NCBI RefSeq assembly: GCF_964204645.1
Contig: NC_134029.1
Location: forward strand, 5,952,001-6,016,000
Source of the DNA: Tubulanus polymorphus
Taxonomy: Eukaryota > Animalia > Nemertea
Reading direction: 5' to 3'
Length of the DNA stretch: 64,000 nucleotides
Shown: one piece after another, positions 48,835 through 63,222 of the stretch
Position numbering within the stretch: the stretch's first letter is position 1
How the letters are laid out: each line of letters begins with the position of its first letter
Translations under genes and position numbers: made by a program
Notes under the pieces: model-generated
The model's input: only the letters and a program-made list of their open reading frames with translations
Database searches by the model: none
What the model was told of the DNA's origin: nothing

Positions 48835-51800
48835 TGCTGCTACCCCCTGGAACAAACTAACGGCCAGTACCAGAGCTGTCTCGAAACTGACGACAGTTAG
48901 AGCGCAAGCGGGCTGGAAAATTTATTCCAGATGAAGTGAAAAGATAGCAAGTTGGTATTTCCGGTGGTGGAAAGTATCGTCGGAAGGGTGGCTCCGATAA
49001 ATTCCAGTAATGGTGGCAGTACTCAGTGTTTGGTAAAATATTTTCAACTCGGTCCCATGCAGTCTTCTCCAGTGTGTGGCGCTAGTGTAGTGATAAAGAA
49101 TCATGGTAAGGTTAGGTACATAACGGAAACCTCTAAACTGCCGCAATGGCATCAGTCGCTCCCAGCCCGGCATTGATCTTCGGCTCCCGGCCGGAACCGT
49201 TCCATCTCGGCCGGTTCACTGCTGCCGGCCTCTCTGCGGAAAGTGGTCTTAAGGCCCGGGACTTCCAAAGTAACATTATCTGTCAATTCTCCGAGTCAGA
49301 GACTCAACGGTACACTTTTTTGTCCTGAAGTTCTACTTGTTGAGTTAACTTGGACTTGGAGACCGTCGATCATATGCCGTTCGACAAAACCCAAGGTTCT
49401 AAGATTAAATACGCGTTTTTTGGGTTGCATCCGCCGCTTTATTTTTGATTATTTGAATTTCATAATATAAACCCCGCCGAGATTGAATGACGGGCCCATC
49501 CTTCGCATGCCGGTCACATCATCGAGTTTTCCGCAGTTAGCTCGAGTGTTCAAAGAATTGATTACATTATGTTTCAGACAAATTAGCCCGATATTTCGGT
49601 TAGCGATTTCACTGAAACAAAAAAGTTTACCCGACGATCAAACTCGGAGCCACTCGACTTACGCCTGTTTGTTCTTCAAAATAAGCAGCCCATCATTTAC
49701 ATATTGCACCGACAGTTTTCTGTTGAGGCTGAAAGCTGATCGTAACATGCGGAAAAACTACTACTTGGACATTTTTCGGAGACCGAGACCACATTTAACG
49801 TCCATCTTACTAATAGTCTAAATGGAATGTTTGAATGAATTTTGAAAAATGCAAATACCACTGAAATTCAAATCGCCCTCTTATTCAACTAAAAACGAGA
49901 GTTTTCATCATTTTGTTTTAGTGTTTAACGTGCATCGATTGGATACCCACATTTTTCAGCTACCACCAGACGTACCCCTATCGGGAGGTCAGATACATTT
50001 TGTAATCATATCACAAAATCTGTCGTATAATAAGTATGGAGGATCGGACCTGATGGGGCTAAAGGAGCTCCTTCGATTCAAATCGAGTGGTGCGGAAAAC
50101 GCTCGAGAAATATATGAAAAACGTGATGATATATGTTTTCATACGGCAGTGTTTTGTTAGAATGCGCTGAGAAGTTATGATATGAACTGATGTCGGGCTA
50201 AGACACCTAGAACTTGTTTCGCCGAGAAATATTATTCTTCTATCGGGTTTCAAGCAGAAAATCTTCGTAATCATTCAGTCGGGGTAGATAGAGTTAGAGG
50301 CGTTGATTGCATCCTGTAGGATATTACCAAGCGGTGTCCAATGCTCAAGGTAAGGCTTTACGATGGCTATCTGTAAAGGTGCGCTATTCATTTATATATC
50401 AAAACTAACCTACTATCCTAAATACTATAGCCTAATATACTAAACTATCCTAAAAAAACTTAATAATAAATTTGATTATAGTAGTACTTTTGTAAATAGT
50501 TTTTTCTGTCAAAAAGACTTTTTGCATATACCAAGGTAAGCAATATGGCATAACCCGCCTGATTGGAATCCTAGGCACTTTCCGTACCATTTTCATATTT
50601 TTAGACATCCCCAACAACCATCCATCTTTAGGCAGCGCGAATGAAAATAGACTAAATCCACTTCGAAATAGGTGAGCTATAGCGCCTAGGTTAGAAATAC
50701 TTTATATATCACACTTTGGTCGGTTGTTTACCTCAAACTACGATTGTCAAAGTACATATTGTCCGAACAGAGACTCGCCACTTAATGAGTTCCTGAAATA
50801 AATATCAAACATTCTTTGGGCTTAAACGAAGTGTGAATCACTGCGAGCATGTAATTATTAGATTAAGGATAATATGACCAGTAAAAATCTGCCTGGAGAT
50901 ATAAATCGTTTAGACTAGGAATTACATATACAAAACCTGGAAAGAGGTAATTGAAACTGCTATGATATGAAATAATGTAGCGCAGAATTGGATAAACAAG
51001 GTATTATTTTCATCTTCTCCTCTCTGGTATAGTTTCTTCCGGAGTTCTATTTGAACTTAAGAATGCTTCTGTTTACTGAAAAGGCGTCTACTTCCTTCTA
51101 CTAAAATGTCAAGGTCACCCATAATAGTATGATGGAATTTAAGTGCAGATATTGGCTTTATTGGATTCCATAGATAAAACGCTTAACGATCGCTACGCCG
51201 TCTTAAATTTCGCAGTGATGTTCTTCGAGAGTAGTAGAGGACATTAGTATTCTCAACTCAACTTGACTGCCAAAGGCCACTCGCCGATATCAGCGGTCTC
51301 CATCTTGCCGTCGATTTTTTAGTTGACAGAGCACTTCTAGAATCCGAGAATGCGCCATGTTAACGACGGCGACGGTCAATACGTGAGAATGTCGGTCACT
51401 TTTGACGTATATATTGTACAAGCTTATACAAAGAGGATCAGTACTGAAATATAGATTCGTTTTATTTCACCAGTGTCATGTACGACGCAGCCATATCCTC
51501 GAATCATCCTTGACTTTTTACTTAACGTTTATTACCATTGGTTCGCTAACAAACCGTGCATGTTTTATGAATTTTCACTGAATTCAGTATATGGTTGGTT
51601 CACCGGTTTCAGAGAATTGATAATCCTTGATATGATGAAAATATCAGTCTACTCGAGCTATCCTCCGCTACAAAGTGTACAGCCATCGGCTTGACGGGGT
51701 CCTTCACTGCGTCAAAATTTATAGAATACTGTTTATACTGTTTATATCTATATTACCATGAAAATAAATTCATTCATTCATTGTATTGCTCGTCAGATAC

Positions 51801-54800
51801 TTTAAGTTAGCATTATCGGCTTCAGGTACAAGAATCGTTAGTTCATAAGGATATCATTTTAATGGCACGCTTATTCTCATTGGAGTTTCAATTCATTAGT
51901 TTAGCGCATGCATACATTATATCAGTTATCATATACCTATACGGCTAAAATGTTGAATATTTACACTGAAATGCATTAATATATCAATTCCGCCATTCAC
52001 GCCAGCGAAATGAGCCTCGTGATTCATTGGACGAGTTTATGCTGTTTTCAAAAGAAGCCATAATTTATTTAATGTTTAACTATTGTTATCGTTCGGTTTT
52101 CTCACAGTAATAATACAAAACTTTGCCGATATTATCTAGTTCGCATGCAAACGTATTCAAATTTGTATGTCTCAGTAGGCCGGCACTGGTTAGGGCTATC
52201 GTTACCCCTGTCCTACCAATACATTAGGAAATGTAGTAGTACCGTTGGAAAAGTGGAATAATTGATCGTTTGATATTTGTTCTATCTTTCAAGGTAGGAA
52301 AACTTTTTAGCTCGCAGTAAACTTACAATTTAACAATCAACTTAAAGTAAAAGAACGATTCCCTGACCTCCAACGTTTAAGTCAAAGAACAGGTTTAAGG
52401 GTCCTAAATATCACGAATAGTTTCATAGAAAGTTTAAGTTCAGCTAACGCAACGAACTTTCGTTCTTTTTCACTCAGAGGAGAAAATGTCTTATATCTAT
52501 TCTGGCCGATCAAATAATGAAATAGTCCTCGGAATTTCAGTAAGCAGATGGGTTAATGTTGGAACTATCTATGATAAAGATGCGACTGAAATCAATGGAA
52601 CACAACTTTCCACTCTATGTCGATCGTTTATCAGGAAATGGATTCAGGCTCCCAATAACCAGCGCAGACACGCTATAATTCACGAGAATTCCTTGATTTT
52701 TTTTTGCGGTGTGTCGTTGAGCGCCAAAGATTACCCGAGAACATTCGAAGAATTTCGTTTCATTTTGAGCCGAATAAAGTATAGAAAATTCTAATTTGCA
52801 CCTTAACACCTTTTCAACAACGTGTGCATATCGCCTTTTTTTCTCGTAGTGAATTTACTTCCGAGAAATTGTATATGAACTGCCTCATAAATTCTCGACT
52901 AATATTTCAGCTGTTACTGAAACGCTTTCAATAACTCTATTTAGGATTGCGCGTCGCTTTCAGGTTTTTATTACTTTTTTTCATAATGGCGGAGCATTCT
53001 CCAATCATATGATTAAAAACTAAGCACGTGTACATTTTCATCGATCATTCGATTTTCGAAAAGGTGGGTGCAAAAATTTAATCCATTTTTTGCACTCATA
53101 TTTCCGATATTGCGGTGCTAGTGTGCGATTGTCGAAGTGCGCTAGATTTTCTAAGTGTCATCAGAAATTTTTGAACACAATTCGAGTTCATCCGAATTAA
53201 CCGTGGAAAGAAAGACCCCATACCCCTTATTCACTGGTATGGATAGCGAAGCATTGCACTTCACGGCTCCCTAAAAGATTAAAATGCCCGGGAAATTTCG
53301 ACACTTCTCTCGTGAGCAACGCTAGTTTATCGAACTTTGGAAGCATACCTATTACTATCTAATCCCCCATCCCCTGGTGGATATTGACAAATATTGCAAC
53401 CAAGCGAGTGCTCTGAGTTCGTTCACGAGTATGGTTCGTACTGGTCGTTAAAGGCAACAGAGTATAATATCCCCAAGACATTTTCACGATGATGTCGGCT
53501 CGAAAGCGTCCATGAGATTAATGTCTTTAATAACAAGTCAATTAAACCATGGTCATCGGCTCCATCGATCCTTAGCAAATCTATTGCCCTAATGCGCGCA
53601 GCTGAACATACACAATCAGATCTCTGATGAGACCGCGCCATGATTTCATATTTTCAACAGGCATGCGAAGGTGGTGGGAGGAAGCAAGGGATAGCGTAGG
53701 ATATACTTCAAATTGCATTCATCTTTTTGCGGATAAATCTTTCAACACACTTTATCACACTTTGATGAATTACTCGTCCACGATGAATGTCAACATCGGG
53801 ATTATAAAAGCAGGTTGACCGCAAACGAAATCCGTAACGAATCTGCGGCCATTTTTTACATTCTAATCACGGAAAACATCCATATTTTACATCAGCTGGA
53901 AATTCTGAGGCGTTCTTGCTACCTTCAAGCTAGCAACAAAAGCTCTGGGTAAAAGACATGTGTGATATATATGTTTGAGTGGCGGAAACGGTTCTAATCA
54001 AATGCCTGTACAGTCGGATCGTTGTCACGTGTGCATTAATCGAATTACTCGACGACTTAACGACGTTTGTCGTCTTTGTGCGCGGACAAGGCAGCAATCG
54101 TACGGGTAAACAACAATCTGCAGGTTTCATCAGACCGTAGATAAACACACGGGTACGGATAACTCCACGGTAACAAACTCCGTGAGACGCCGATAGAAAT
54201 AAACCTGTCCATCTATACGTACAGATGATGAAAACTGGATGAAATTGTTTGGCTGTATTTACACGAATGCTGCTTCAATTCACGACAGCAAATAACGACG
54301 CATATATACATACAATAAGCCTTTTTTCAGATCTGCCGCACTGATGTAAATGAAGCAAGATTTCATTAGTCTTTTCGACCCCTTGACGAAAGAATTGGGT
54401 TACTGTCTATTCAGCACCAATGGGAAAATATGAATTGTGCTTTTGTCCCTAAAATTGACGATGGTCAGAACAAATACGGTGTCAAGGACTCTTCTGGGGA
54501 CGGGGAACCCCGAGGCAACAGTCGTAGAAAGAATCGAGCCTTGGACCTCAATTTAGGCCTCAACCCGTCCAGATCATGGTTCTGTGATGAGAGTATTGCC
54601 TCGTATGATAATTGGTTGTGCGATGGATATAATGAAGACATTTTAAAAAGCGGCTCAAATATGTAACTGTATTAACGAACTAGAACATCGAAAATATTGT
54701 CAGAAAGAAGCGGAATCTGTTTGGAGCAAAGCTGAGTCAACGGGACTTAGTCGATTATTAAGGTTAATGAGAAAACGGTTGCCTGTTACTGCGCGTTATC

Positions 54801-57800
54801 GCATTTTCGAATTTGCTAAATGAACTAGCTTATAATATCGTCCCATATATCTCAGCGACTGTGTATAACCGACACTTAAATTTTCTAATTTATCAAATTG
54901 TAGCAGCGCGACGTGTGCGGCGTCTCCCGTTTGCGTATCCCACCGATCAGTTTCTACTCAATGAGCCGTCCTATTCGCTGTGAAGGTCTTGTCTCATTGA
55001 TAATTCCGCGGTCGCAAATACCGACGCAGCAGCGCGGAAATTGTCTTTAATTATATCCAATTAAATTCGAGCCTCGGTCAGTCCGCTGATGATTGGAAGT
55101 ATACGCGGATACGCTTTAAGGTCGAGGTCATCGATAATTTGGGATTCGATGACGAATCAAGTAATTTTGGAGGCTGGAATCGAATAACAGGAAACGAATG
55201 ACTAATTTTGTCGTCGACGTCCGGTTTTCGCCACGCAAATGCGTTTCTCCGTGGCTCATATGTTTCCTATATTTTTTTCGTGGCTTTTTCTGTCAATTGG
55301 GTATTCAATAAATCTGCATCGTTATTTACCTTTGACTTAATATCCTCGACGTCATCGAGGAGTCGATTGTTCGAATGAGCGAAAAAAGTAATCTGCAAGC
55401 GGAAAACCGATAGTTGAGACCGGCTGTTCGGAACAGTAATGCTACACGGTTCGCAATTGTGTAGAAATGAAATCTTCATGTTGTCTTTTTATGAGATCAA
55501 CGCGTATCATGTTCGTTACCATGGTTAAACAACGTGATATCTTCCCCACTCATAATAAGCCGGTGCGCATTTTCTAAAAGGAATTCCCGCGTGTTTTTGC
55601 TTCTTAATAATGACACATTTCAGTGTATACGAGGTTCAATGCTTCAACCAAAGTATATGAACGATATTCGGGATGACAGGTTCGCTCAGAATAAAAACAA
55701 CTATTGTTATACAAGGCAAGAAATCATAGTGTTCGTTATTCTAAAGAGTCAGGTCCAGAGTTGAGCTGAACTATAGGCCGAGTCTCGAATTTTCTGGTGG
55801 AAAATAAGCTTGTACAAGTTTCCCAGGCCTCGTATTAACTAACATACGATCAATTATCGGCCCGGATCTCCGGAACAATATGTCGCCAACAACAAATAAC
55901 CATGACTTTTTCGCTCTAATCTCTCTAATCTCCGTTTTATGTATCACACACGTATAACAGATCACAGGAACTGCGATCAACACGTCTTTGATGATGGGTT
56001 TTTGGATCAGGTTTTTGGACTATCACTCCGAATCTTGACGGTTGGCGTAACGGTTTCATTTTGTTTCCCTCGCGCGCGCGCAACAGAACTCATACAAAAC
56101 AACGGTTATTGTAAATGTCGGGCGGCAATGTCAGCTGAATCCTTTGAAGTCGTTCTTTAGACGAAACCTTTTTTTCACAAGGTGAAACCTTACGACAAAT
56201 AGATAGACGGGTAAACTAATAAACAGCCTGATAAATCAATTGCTCCGATTGCTTCCACGCGAGATACGCGTGATACGTTTTCTATAATCTAAGATAAACT
56301 GAAGACAGAAAAAAAAGTATTTTTTCGTGAAAACTTAACAAATTTTCCAAATAGATTTCCTGAAATTCTCTTCGCTCTCTCTGTCGCTCGCTTGTTCCAA
56401 TAATCTGGCGTAAACGCACATCCTTTTGTAAATCATACATATCCGTCAGATTTCCGGCGCTATTGATTCGGAGTATTTTGATGTTTCGTGTCGTCCACAT
56501 TGTCTGCCTACTTTTCTGCGTTGTATTACGGCAACATCGAAGCGGTAATGGTTAGTGACAAGTCGATAAGAAACAATGCCTGAAACATGACAGGAATATA
56601 TCTAATTGCCACGACGCGGAGTGCAAGGTTTTAGCGGTTTTATTTCAAATAGATTTGTCAGTGATACACTCTGCACTACCTCAGGCCCCCGTGAAATAAG
56701 AGTTTGGGGACGGTAGACGATTTGGAACTTGTCATTTACAATATGTATATGACATCCTAAACACGTGGTTTTTAGCTGAATCAACAATCTATAGTGCTTA
56801 GATTATACCCGTTTAAATCATGCGCTACAAGACGAAAACTAGTCGAACAAGCATCAGCCACTTTTTTTCTTATGAAGAAAATCTGGGGAATTGAAAGGGT
56901 TAACGGGTATCGGCAGCTCAAGAAGCAGTGTACCGAAGATGATAAGAATCGATGCCGCGCTCCTGTTCGTTCTTTCAAAGAGGATGCAGATGAAATGAAT
57001 CTCGGTATCGGGTTTCTCTCGTCGAATCCAATAGACGCAGACACGACTCGCGCGATGGGATGGACCGGCGGGTACTGTCACTGTCGTCGTATAGTTGCGG
57101 GGCAATTTAGTTTTATTACTGCGAATATTGATTAACTAAAGAGAAAATATTCGTCGACGTACTATAATGAATTTAATCTTCAGACGAAACACGCGAATCT
57201 CACACTAGCCGTATACAAAAAAGCACACTCACACGCACGTATCACGCAACGTCTATATAGGGCCATTTTGATAACGAATTTTCCTGCCTGTTCGTGCTTC
57301 AGAAATGACACCTGTTCAGTTCATCCCGAGCAGCTTTGACTCAATGGTTATTCATGCTGCACCGATGCGGTGGCAACTGCAGCATTTTTCTGACGTTGGA
57401 ATTGATTTACTCGCGCATCAGTGCTTACTGACAGTGAGTATCGTTATACTCTTAGTCCAAGAGAGTAACTTCGCTGTTAACAATTTTTAACTCCAGGTGT
57501 TGATGGTATTACACATAACAAAAACAACATTCTCTTTCAGATTCGCTTTCACTACGCGGGGCCGTTGCGTAATTAGTTTTATTCAACGGTCCAGCGTCGG
57601 CAAACCTATTAGCTTTATTCTTATTAATCGCATGAAAACCAATTGGTGGAAAACTCGTAGTAAACTCATATTTTTTTTCAAAGGATTAATTTACGATATA
57701 CTGAACAACACTTTTCAGATTTTTAGGAAAAATATTTCGCTCACTAAGTTGAGTTAAACCAACTTAAAATAAGTTTTCAACTTTAACATATGCGGCAGAG

Positions 57801-58978
57801 GAACCTAGGTTACCATTGACACAAGAATTATAGTGTGAATTTCTTAAAGTCGATTCAACTATATGGCGTCGGATAAATTACTGCTAGACGGAAAAACTAT
57901 ATACGAATTGTCAAAATCTATGATTATAAGTATGTATCCCAAACATGGATGGCAACGGTTTTTGTAACTCTTTATTCGAGAATCATTGCGAAGTTTTACC
58001 TCGACATGATCTAAGCTAGTAGTATGTAGGCCTATGTTAATCAAAAGTTTCGATTTTGAAACAAATGTTGAAGCCAAGCTGGCCGATGGTCATTGACAAC
58101 CTACTCGATGCCCTGTAAATGCAAAAGCCGATGTTGCCCGCAAACAGATGTTGATTCAAAAGATGTTCAGCTTTTACTATTGCCGACTTAATGGCAAACG
58201 ACACAAAATGGCGGCTATTGTATTGTTATTCTGGGCGCTGGATTAATACTAGGAAATCAAGCTTTCAGCGTATGAAATCTATAGATAGATATAGAAGCGA
58301 AAGAAATAGAAGATACTGAAGGCTAATCCGAATCTGTTCCATCGACCGAACTAAATCAATACCGACAGCATCATCTTCATCATCATAATCATCATCGTCA
58401 ACGTATACAAAAAAATATAAATCCGTTTTCACGAAAGCATTTTCTTCATTGCAGTAAACGGTTGATATTATCCTCAACGCGAAGCTCACATCCGATACTA
58501 CCTCTAAATGGCAGGCTTTACGATTCGTTTCTTTTGATTTCTCCTGTCATCGAAGCAGAAAGAGACAAATATTCTATTTCATCTTGGTGACGTAGACTTT
58601 TCTTCTTATCCGAGACTCGGCGTTCCCTTCTGATTATACTATATTTTTATTGTAAGTCTTCCGTCGATATTTTGTTTCCCTTGATGGCCGCATACGATAT
58701 CTTTTTTAAAAGTCACCGTCTTGCTCAGCTAGTGCCTTTACTATCGCGTTTTACTGGATAAAAACGACCAAACCAGAAAAAATATCGGCCGTGACTATTT
58801 CATATAGACGCTGGCTGCTAATGTAGGTAAATGTGTACAGCACTAATCGATGTCACACAGCTTTCAATTAATGGTTGGCCCGCAACGAATGTTCGAATAT
58901 TGGATTTTGGGGGCTTGGTTGAATATGTGGCGTTTGACGTCTGTTTTACAAGATGATGAGCTAACGTACCTGGCATTC

Positions 58979-59012
<34 letters not shown>

Positions 59013-60961
59013 TTAAACCAACATGCCACAGTTCGACGACTTTAAAAACAAATCTTCTTTCTCTCAATTCAATATTTCGAGTTGTAGTCGTGACAATTGA
59101 CATGGCTTTCCATGTAAAAATACTTACGTTGAATATAATGATGATGAAATCTATCGTAACACTTATTGAAAAAACCTATAGGCCTACTAGCGGTGAGCGT
59201 CGTTATTTGGTTTAATAGAATTAAAAATTTATCCGCCATTCCCGACGATCGAAAACGGAGGAGTTTATTTCAGTTGTTGTCGCCGAATAGGGAAAGCCGT
59301 TTGTCTTTGACTGAGCACACGTGATCGTCGCAGAGATAGTCTGATGGCTGATGATATCGACGTTCCCCCTCGCAGCAAGAATCGGCCACGCCAATACAAC
59401 TAGTACCGCGCTCTGTCTGTTACTTGCAGCTGCACCGGCGCACTACTACCCGGTGTCTACGTCAGTATTCATAGTTAATTCATCCGGCCAATAGCGCAAG
59501 GGCGCGCACACTAATCCCGCAAGTGCCGCAAACTCCTAAAACAATTCCGCGGAATAGCCGGATAGTGTTTATTATAGAAATACCATCGCCGACAAAAATG
59601 CCTGACGAGATTTAGCGACGAAGACTTTTACGCGAATTCATTTTTGGAAGTCGTTTAGGTTATTTTTTGACTACTACGAGATTGCGGTGGATTTTGCTTG
59701 GCGTTTAACCTGGCGCTACGGAGGATCGACTCGGATTGGACTTGTGCGAGTGATTTGAATAAATCAGCATTCGGAATATTTAATGTGAATTTCTTTGAAT
59801 ATTCAGAATTCATACTTATTGAATCTCGGGGAAAATGTGGATATAATTGTTGAAAATATGGATTTTCATGGAGAGTAAAGAACGCGAGGTGAAATTGTTG
59901 ATTAAATGGTTTGTAATCGCTCGAATTATACATTTTCTAAACATCTCTTTTTCTAAATTGCATTGAAATTTAAGCCTCAGCTTGTCTGCCTACATTGAAT
60001 CGATTGTTTAGACGAATCCAGCCAGATCAATCTCGGAATGAATTTGTTTTCACAGTGGAAATTTGATATTCCTGATTGAGAAAAAATTACCATTCCAAAT
60101 ATTGTCATTTTTATACACTATTCTTTCAGTGAAATGATAGATGAGTTAAAACATGATCCATGAAATGATAGCCATTTAATCTCGCAATTCCAATATGTTC
60201 TTTTCAACTGGAAAAAAATTCAATTCGAATCTTCATCTTGAAATCGAAGTCGGCGATTACATGCGCTGTGAGAGAAATAGCCCGCATTATCAAACAAACA
60301 GAAAACATTGGGGATGAAAGCTCAAGACACTTTTCGTACGATATTCATTCTGTTTCTAACGCTATTCGAAAAAGATACTTTTTCGGATTACGTCATTTTC
60401 TTCTTTACCCGATTTAACACTTATTATATATATGATGAATTTTCATGATTTCTCTACTCCTCGGATACACGTGAAACCGTATTTCAGCGGTAGAAAGTAC
60501 CTACGTTAACTGTCAACGATAAAACAACTAATTAGATTCGTTGGTTAAGCGGTGTCTATGACCGTGCTTGTGAAAACTACTCGGGAATTCGATTTCAGTC
60601 ATCGGCTATTAAAGTATGATCAGTAAGCACCTGAAAAAATATTTTCAGTTATTCTGTTTGTTTTCTAGGAAACTGGTCGCCGCGCTCGATGTATTTTCCA
60701 ATTGTCCTGACCAGACGGGACCTGTTATTGTAGAATGGATGGATGCGTATGGATACAGACCGTCCTCTTAGCACTGACTTTTATCACCCTTCCAAAACGT
60801 GAGTAATTTAGGAAATTTTCTAAAAAAAATCGCTTTCGTCACTTCTCTATACAAAGCAAAATTTTTAGTTTGTTTCCAAAATTGCGAAAAACTCCATCTC
60901 CGGTTTAATTCACTCAGTTATCGAGTATACAATGTTGTAAATTTGAAAACGCCTCTTCATA

Positions 60962-61146
60962 CTGTAGACTCCGCTCAAGTCGGACCACTTGGGACGTAAA
61001 AATTTGTCCGACTTGATATATCTGAGTTGGATGTTATGTATAACTTAAAGAGTGTCACAAAAAGAAGATCTGAGTTGAACGGTTACCGAGTCGATAGCAT
61101 CCGACTCGGGATGCTATCGACTATATGTGTCGGGCGGAGTCTATTG
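60962..61146. mobile_element. pogo-like MITE (CAGTAGACTCCGC family) with an internal 14-bp-arm hairpin
   Basis: CTGTAGACTCCGCTC...GGGCGGAGTCTATTG, with AGTCGATAGCATCC/GGATGCTATCGACT at 61089-61122. Confidence 0.65.
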
Positions 61147-61998
61147 TGATATGTCAAGGATTATAATTTTATGCTCTGAGAAATGTCTGATTTTCCACCA
61201 AAAGAGCGATCAAATCGAGCCATTAGATTGGTCGATTCAAACATGGAATTTCGACGATTTCACCCGCGTCCCCTACGGCTGTTTCAATCCGTGAAATTTC
61301 TCTACGTGCGAAGTGCTAAATAGTACATTTAGGTAAGAATCGAGTGGAAAAACGAGTTGATGGCAGAATCTATAAATCCGTCATTTTCTCATATCAGATA
61401 CTTCAAATATTTACGAAGCCGGTAAAAAGGCAGTCTCTTCATACTTGCACTTTTAGTTAAATTAATGCCATGCGTATAGGCATACGTATGTATATTGTAG
61501 CATCGATTCGTATATATATGTATATGTATTTGAATAGTGCCGACAAGTGTCATATCGCGTATATATTCTATATTTCCATTCGAAACACATGCCCATTCCA
61601 GAAGCGCCTGTTTTATTTCTGCGGCATCAATTGATTTTGATTATTCATAAAACGACATTTTTGCGTATACTGCATACGTGTATATCACGATCGTGATGTA
61701 ATAGAAATACCGAGAATCCTTTCCATTTAATCGTTGTATCAATCGCCATCGGTATCAAACCTAGTCAACACAACGTACTCGTCAATACCTATCCTCAACT
61801 CGTTCTCCAAACGTTGCTACACAAGTCTTTCAAGTGTTCAGATCGTCATGTTGTTTTTAAATCAACATATGGCATACTAAGTTCGAGAACTGCACAGGTA
61901 TAAATGTATGGAAGTCAAATTAGAAATCACACAAACAATATGTACATATAAGTAGGTATTTCCGGCGCTTCCTTTTGGAGTCGGTTTCATCATATTGG

Positions 61999-61999
<1 letters not shown>

Positions 62000-62088
<89 letters not shown>
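62000..62088. repeat. (TA)n microsatellite, about 44 units
   Basis: Read directly from the sequence. A shorter tract lies at 58979-59004. Confidence 0.95.
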
Positions 62089-62091
<3 letters not shown>

Positions 62092-62349
62092 CTGATTTTA
62101 ACGGTCAAGTTATGGCATTTCGAATTAAAAGTAATCTTATTCTACATACTGAACTAAATTTGCCATTTAGTTTTAATTAAACGAGTTTAAGAAAGTGCAT
62201 TCCGCTGGCTCGCTATAGAATTCGTGTTTGTAATTATGACAATTTCGAAATGGCAACGCCGCACGCTGAGTTTTAATGTATGCCAGGCTGTAATTTTCTC
62301 CAAGGCGGATGAAATCTCGCTTTTCGCGTACAACAGTTGCAAGGCAGTT

Positions 62350-63222
62350 TCAGGGGGTGAACAGTTGTTCGCTAATATCAACCGTGAAGAAATTCTTTCG
62401 GACACGTTGTGTATCATTAGCGGTAACGATGTTGTTACCCGAGCTGGAAAATTAGCAGTGTTGTTGCGCAATATAAAAAATATCTCTTATTTTACGTGAT
62501 ATACAATACTCGTTTCCAGAATGGGAGACAACTATGTTAGATATATCCAAATGTTTATTAGACGGAGCCTTTAGGTTTCTGTTGTTATCTTTAATCTACA
62601 CACCCACACGCTGTAAAGAAACCCATTTTTCCCTGTTTTACGGCCAGAACACAAACCTCAAAATTTACCCTTACGTATTCGTTCTTATTTTACGTTAAAA
62701 AACCTTAAATCTAAACAAATCTGATATTTTAGTTCTTCTGCATTGTGTATGAGCATGGACGTATAAACTAGAGTAGTTTTTACGTCCATGGTATGAGCAT
62801 GTTGGGCCCAATCCATAGCTGTATGGTAGGCACAATGATAATTGGCTAGGGAAAGGTGATTATTTTCGAAATTGTCAAGTACGGCATCTGCAAAGTGTAC
62901 AGCAGCGCGTAATTTTAGCAGCATCGATGAAGCCGGCCACGTATAGTTTTCGTACACAATAACTTACCGCAAACCGTATTAATTGTCTCCCTCGGTTGTG
63001 GCATTATTAAACTATTGAGTGCCGAGTTTGATAATGCCGGGGCCAAACGCTGCAAGCAAGCGGTTACAAAATGTCACACAATAGCCTGTATCAGTATTCG
63101 ATTGTGACGAGTATTACTATATTATAGTCGCAGTTTATATTCGCACGATTAATTGCCTCGTGCGCCCCCCTGTCACAGCTGCTCGCTACGTTCGCTTTCA
63201 TTTCCACACGATCCCCTTTCAT
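62350..63222 (-). CDS. Putative small spliced gene of unknown function (about 154 aa; 5' end uncertain)
   Basis: Phase-consistent chain 63118-63222?, 62968-63049, 62704-62887, 62350-62443. Acceptors are good (TTGCAG, CTTTGCAG, CTAATTTTCCAG). One donor is strong (GCG|GTAAGT) and the other two are weak. No homolog recognised. Confidence 0.4.

Noticed and set aside
56781-57135. Overlapping ORFs on both strands
   Set aside because: No family motif or convincing splice chain was found; the higher local GC explains the open frames.
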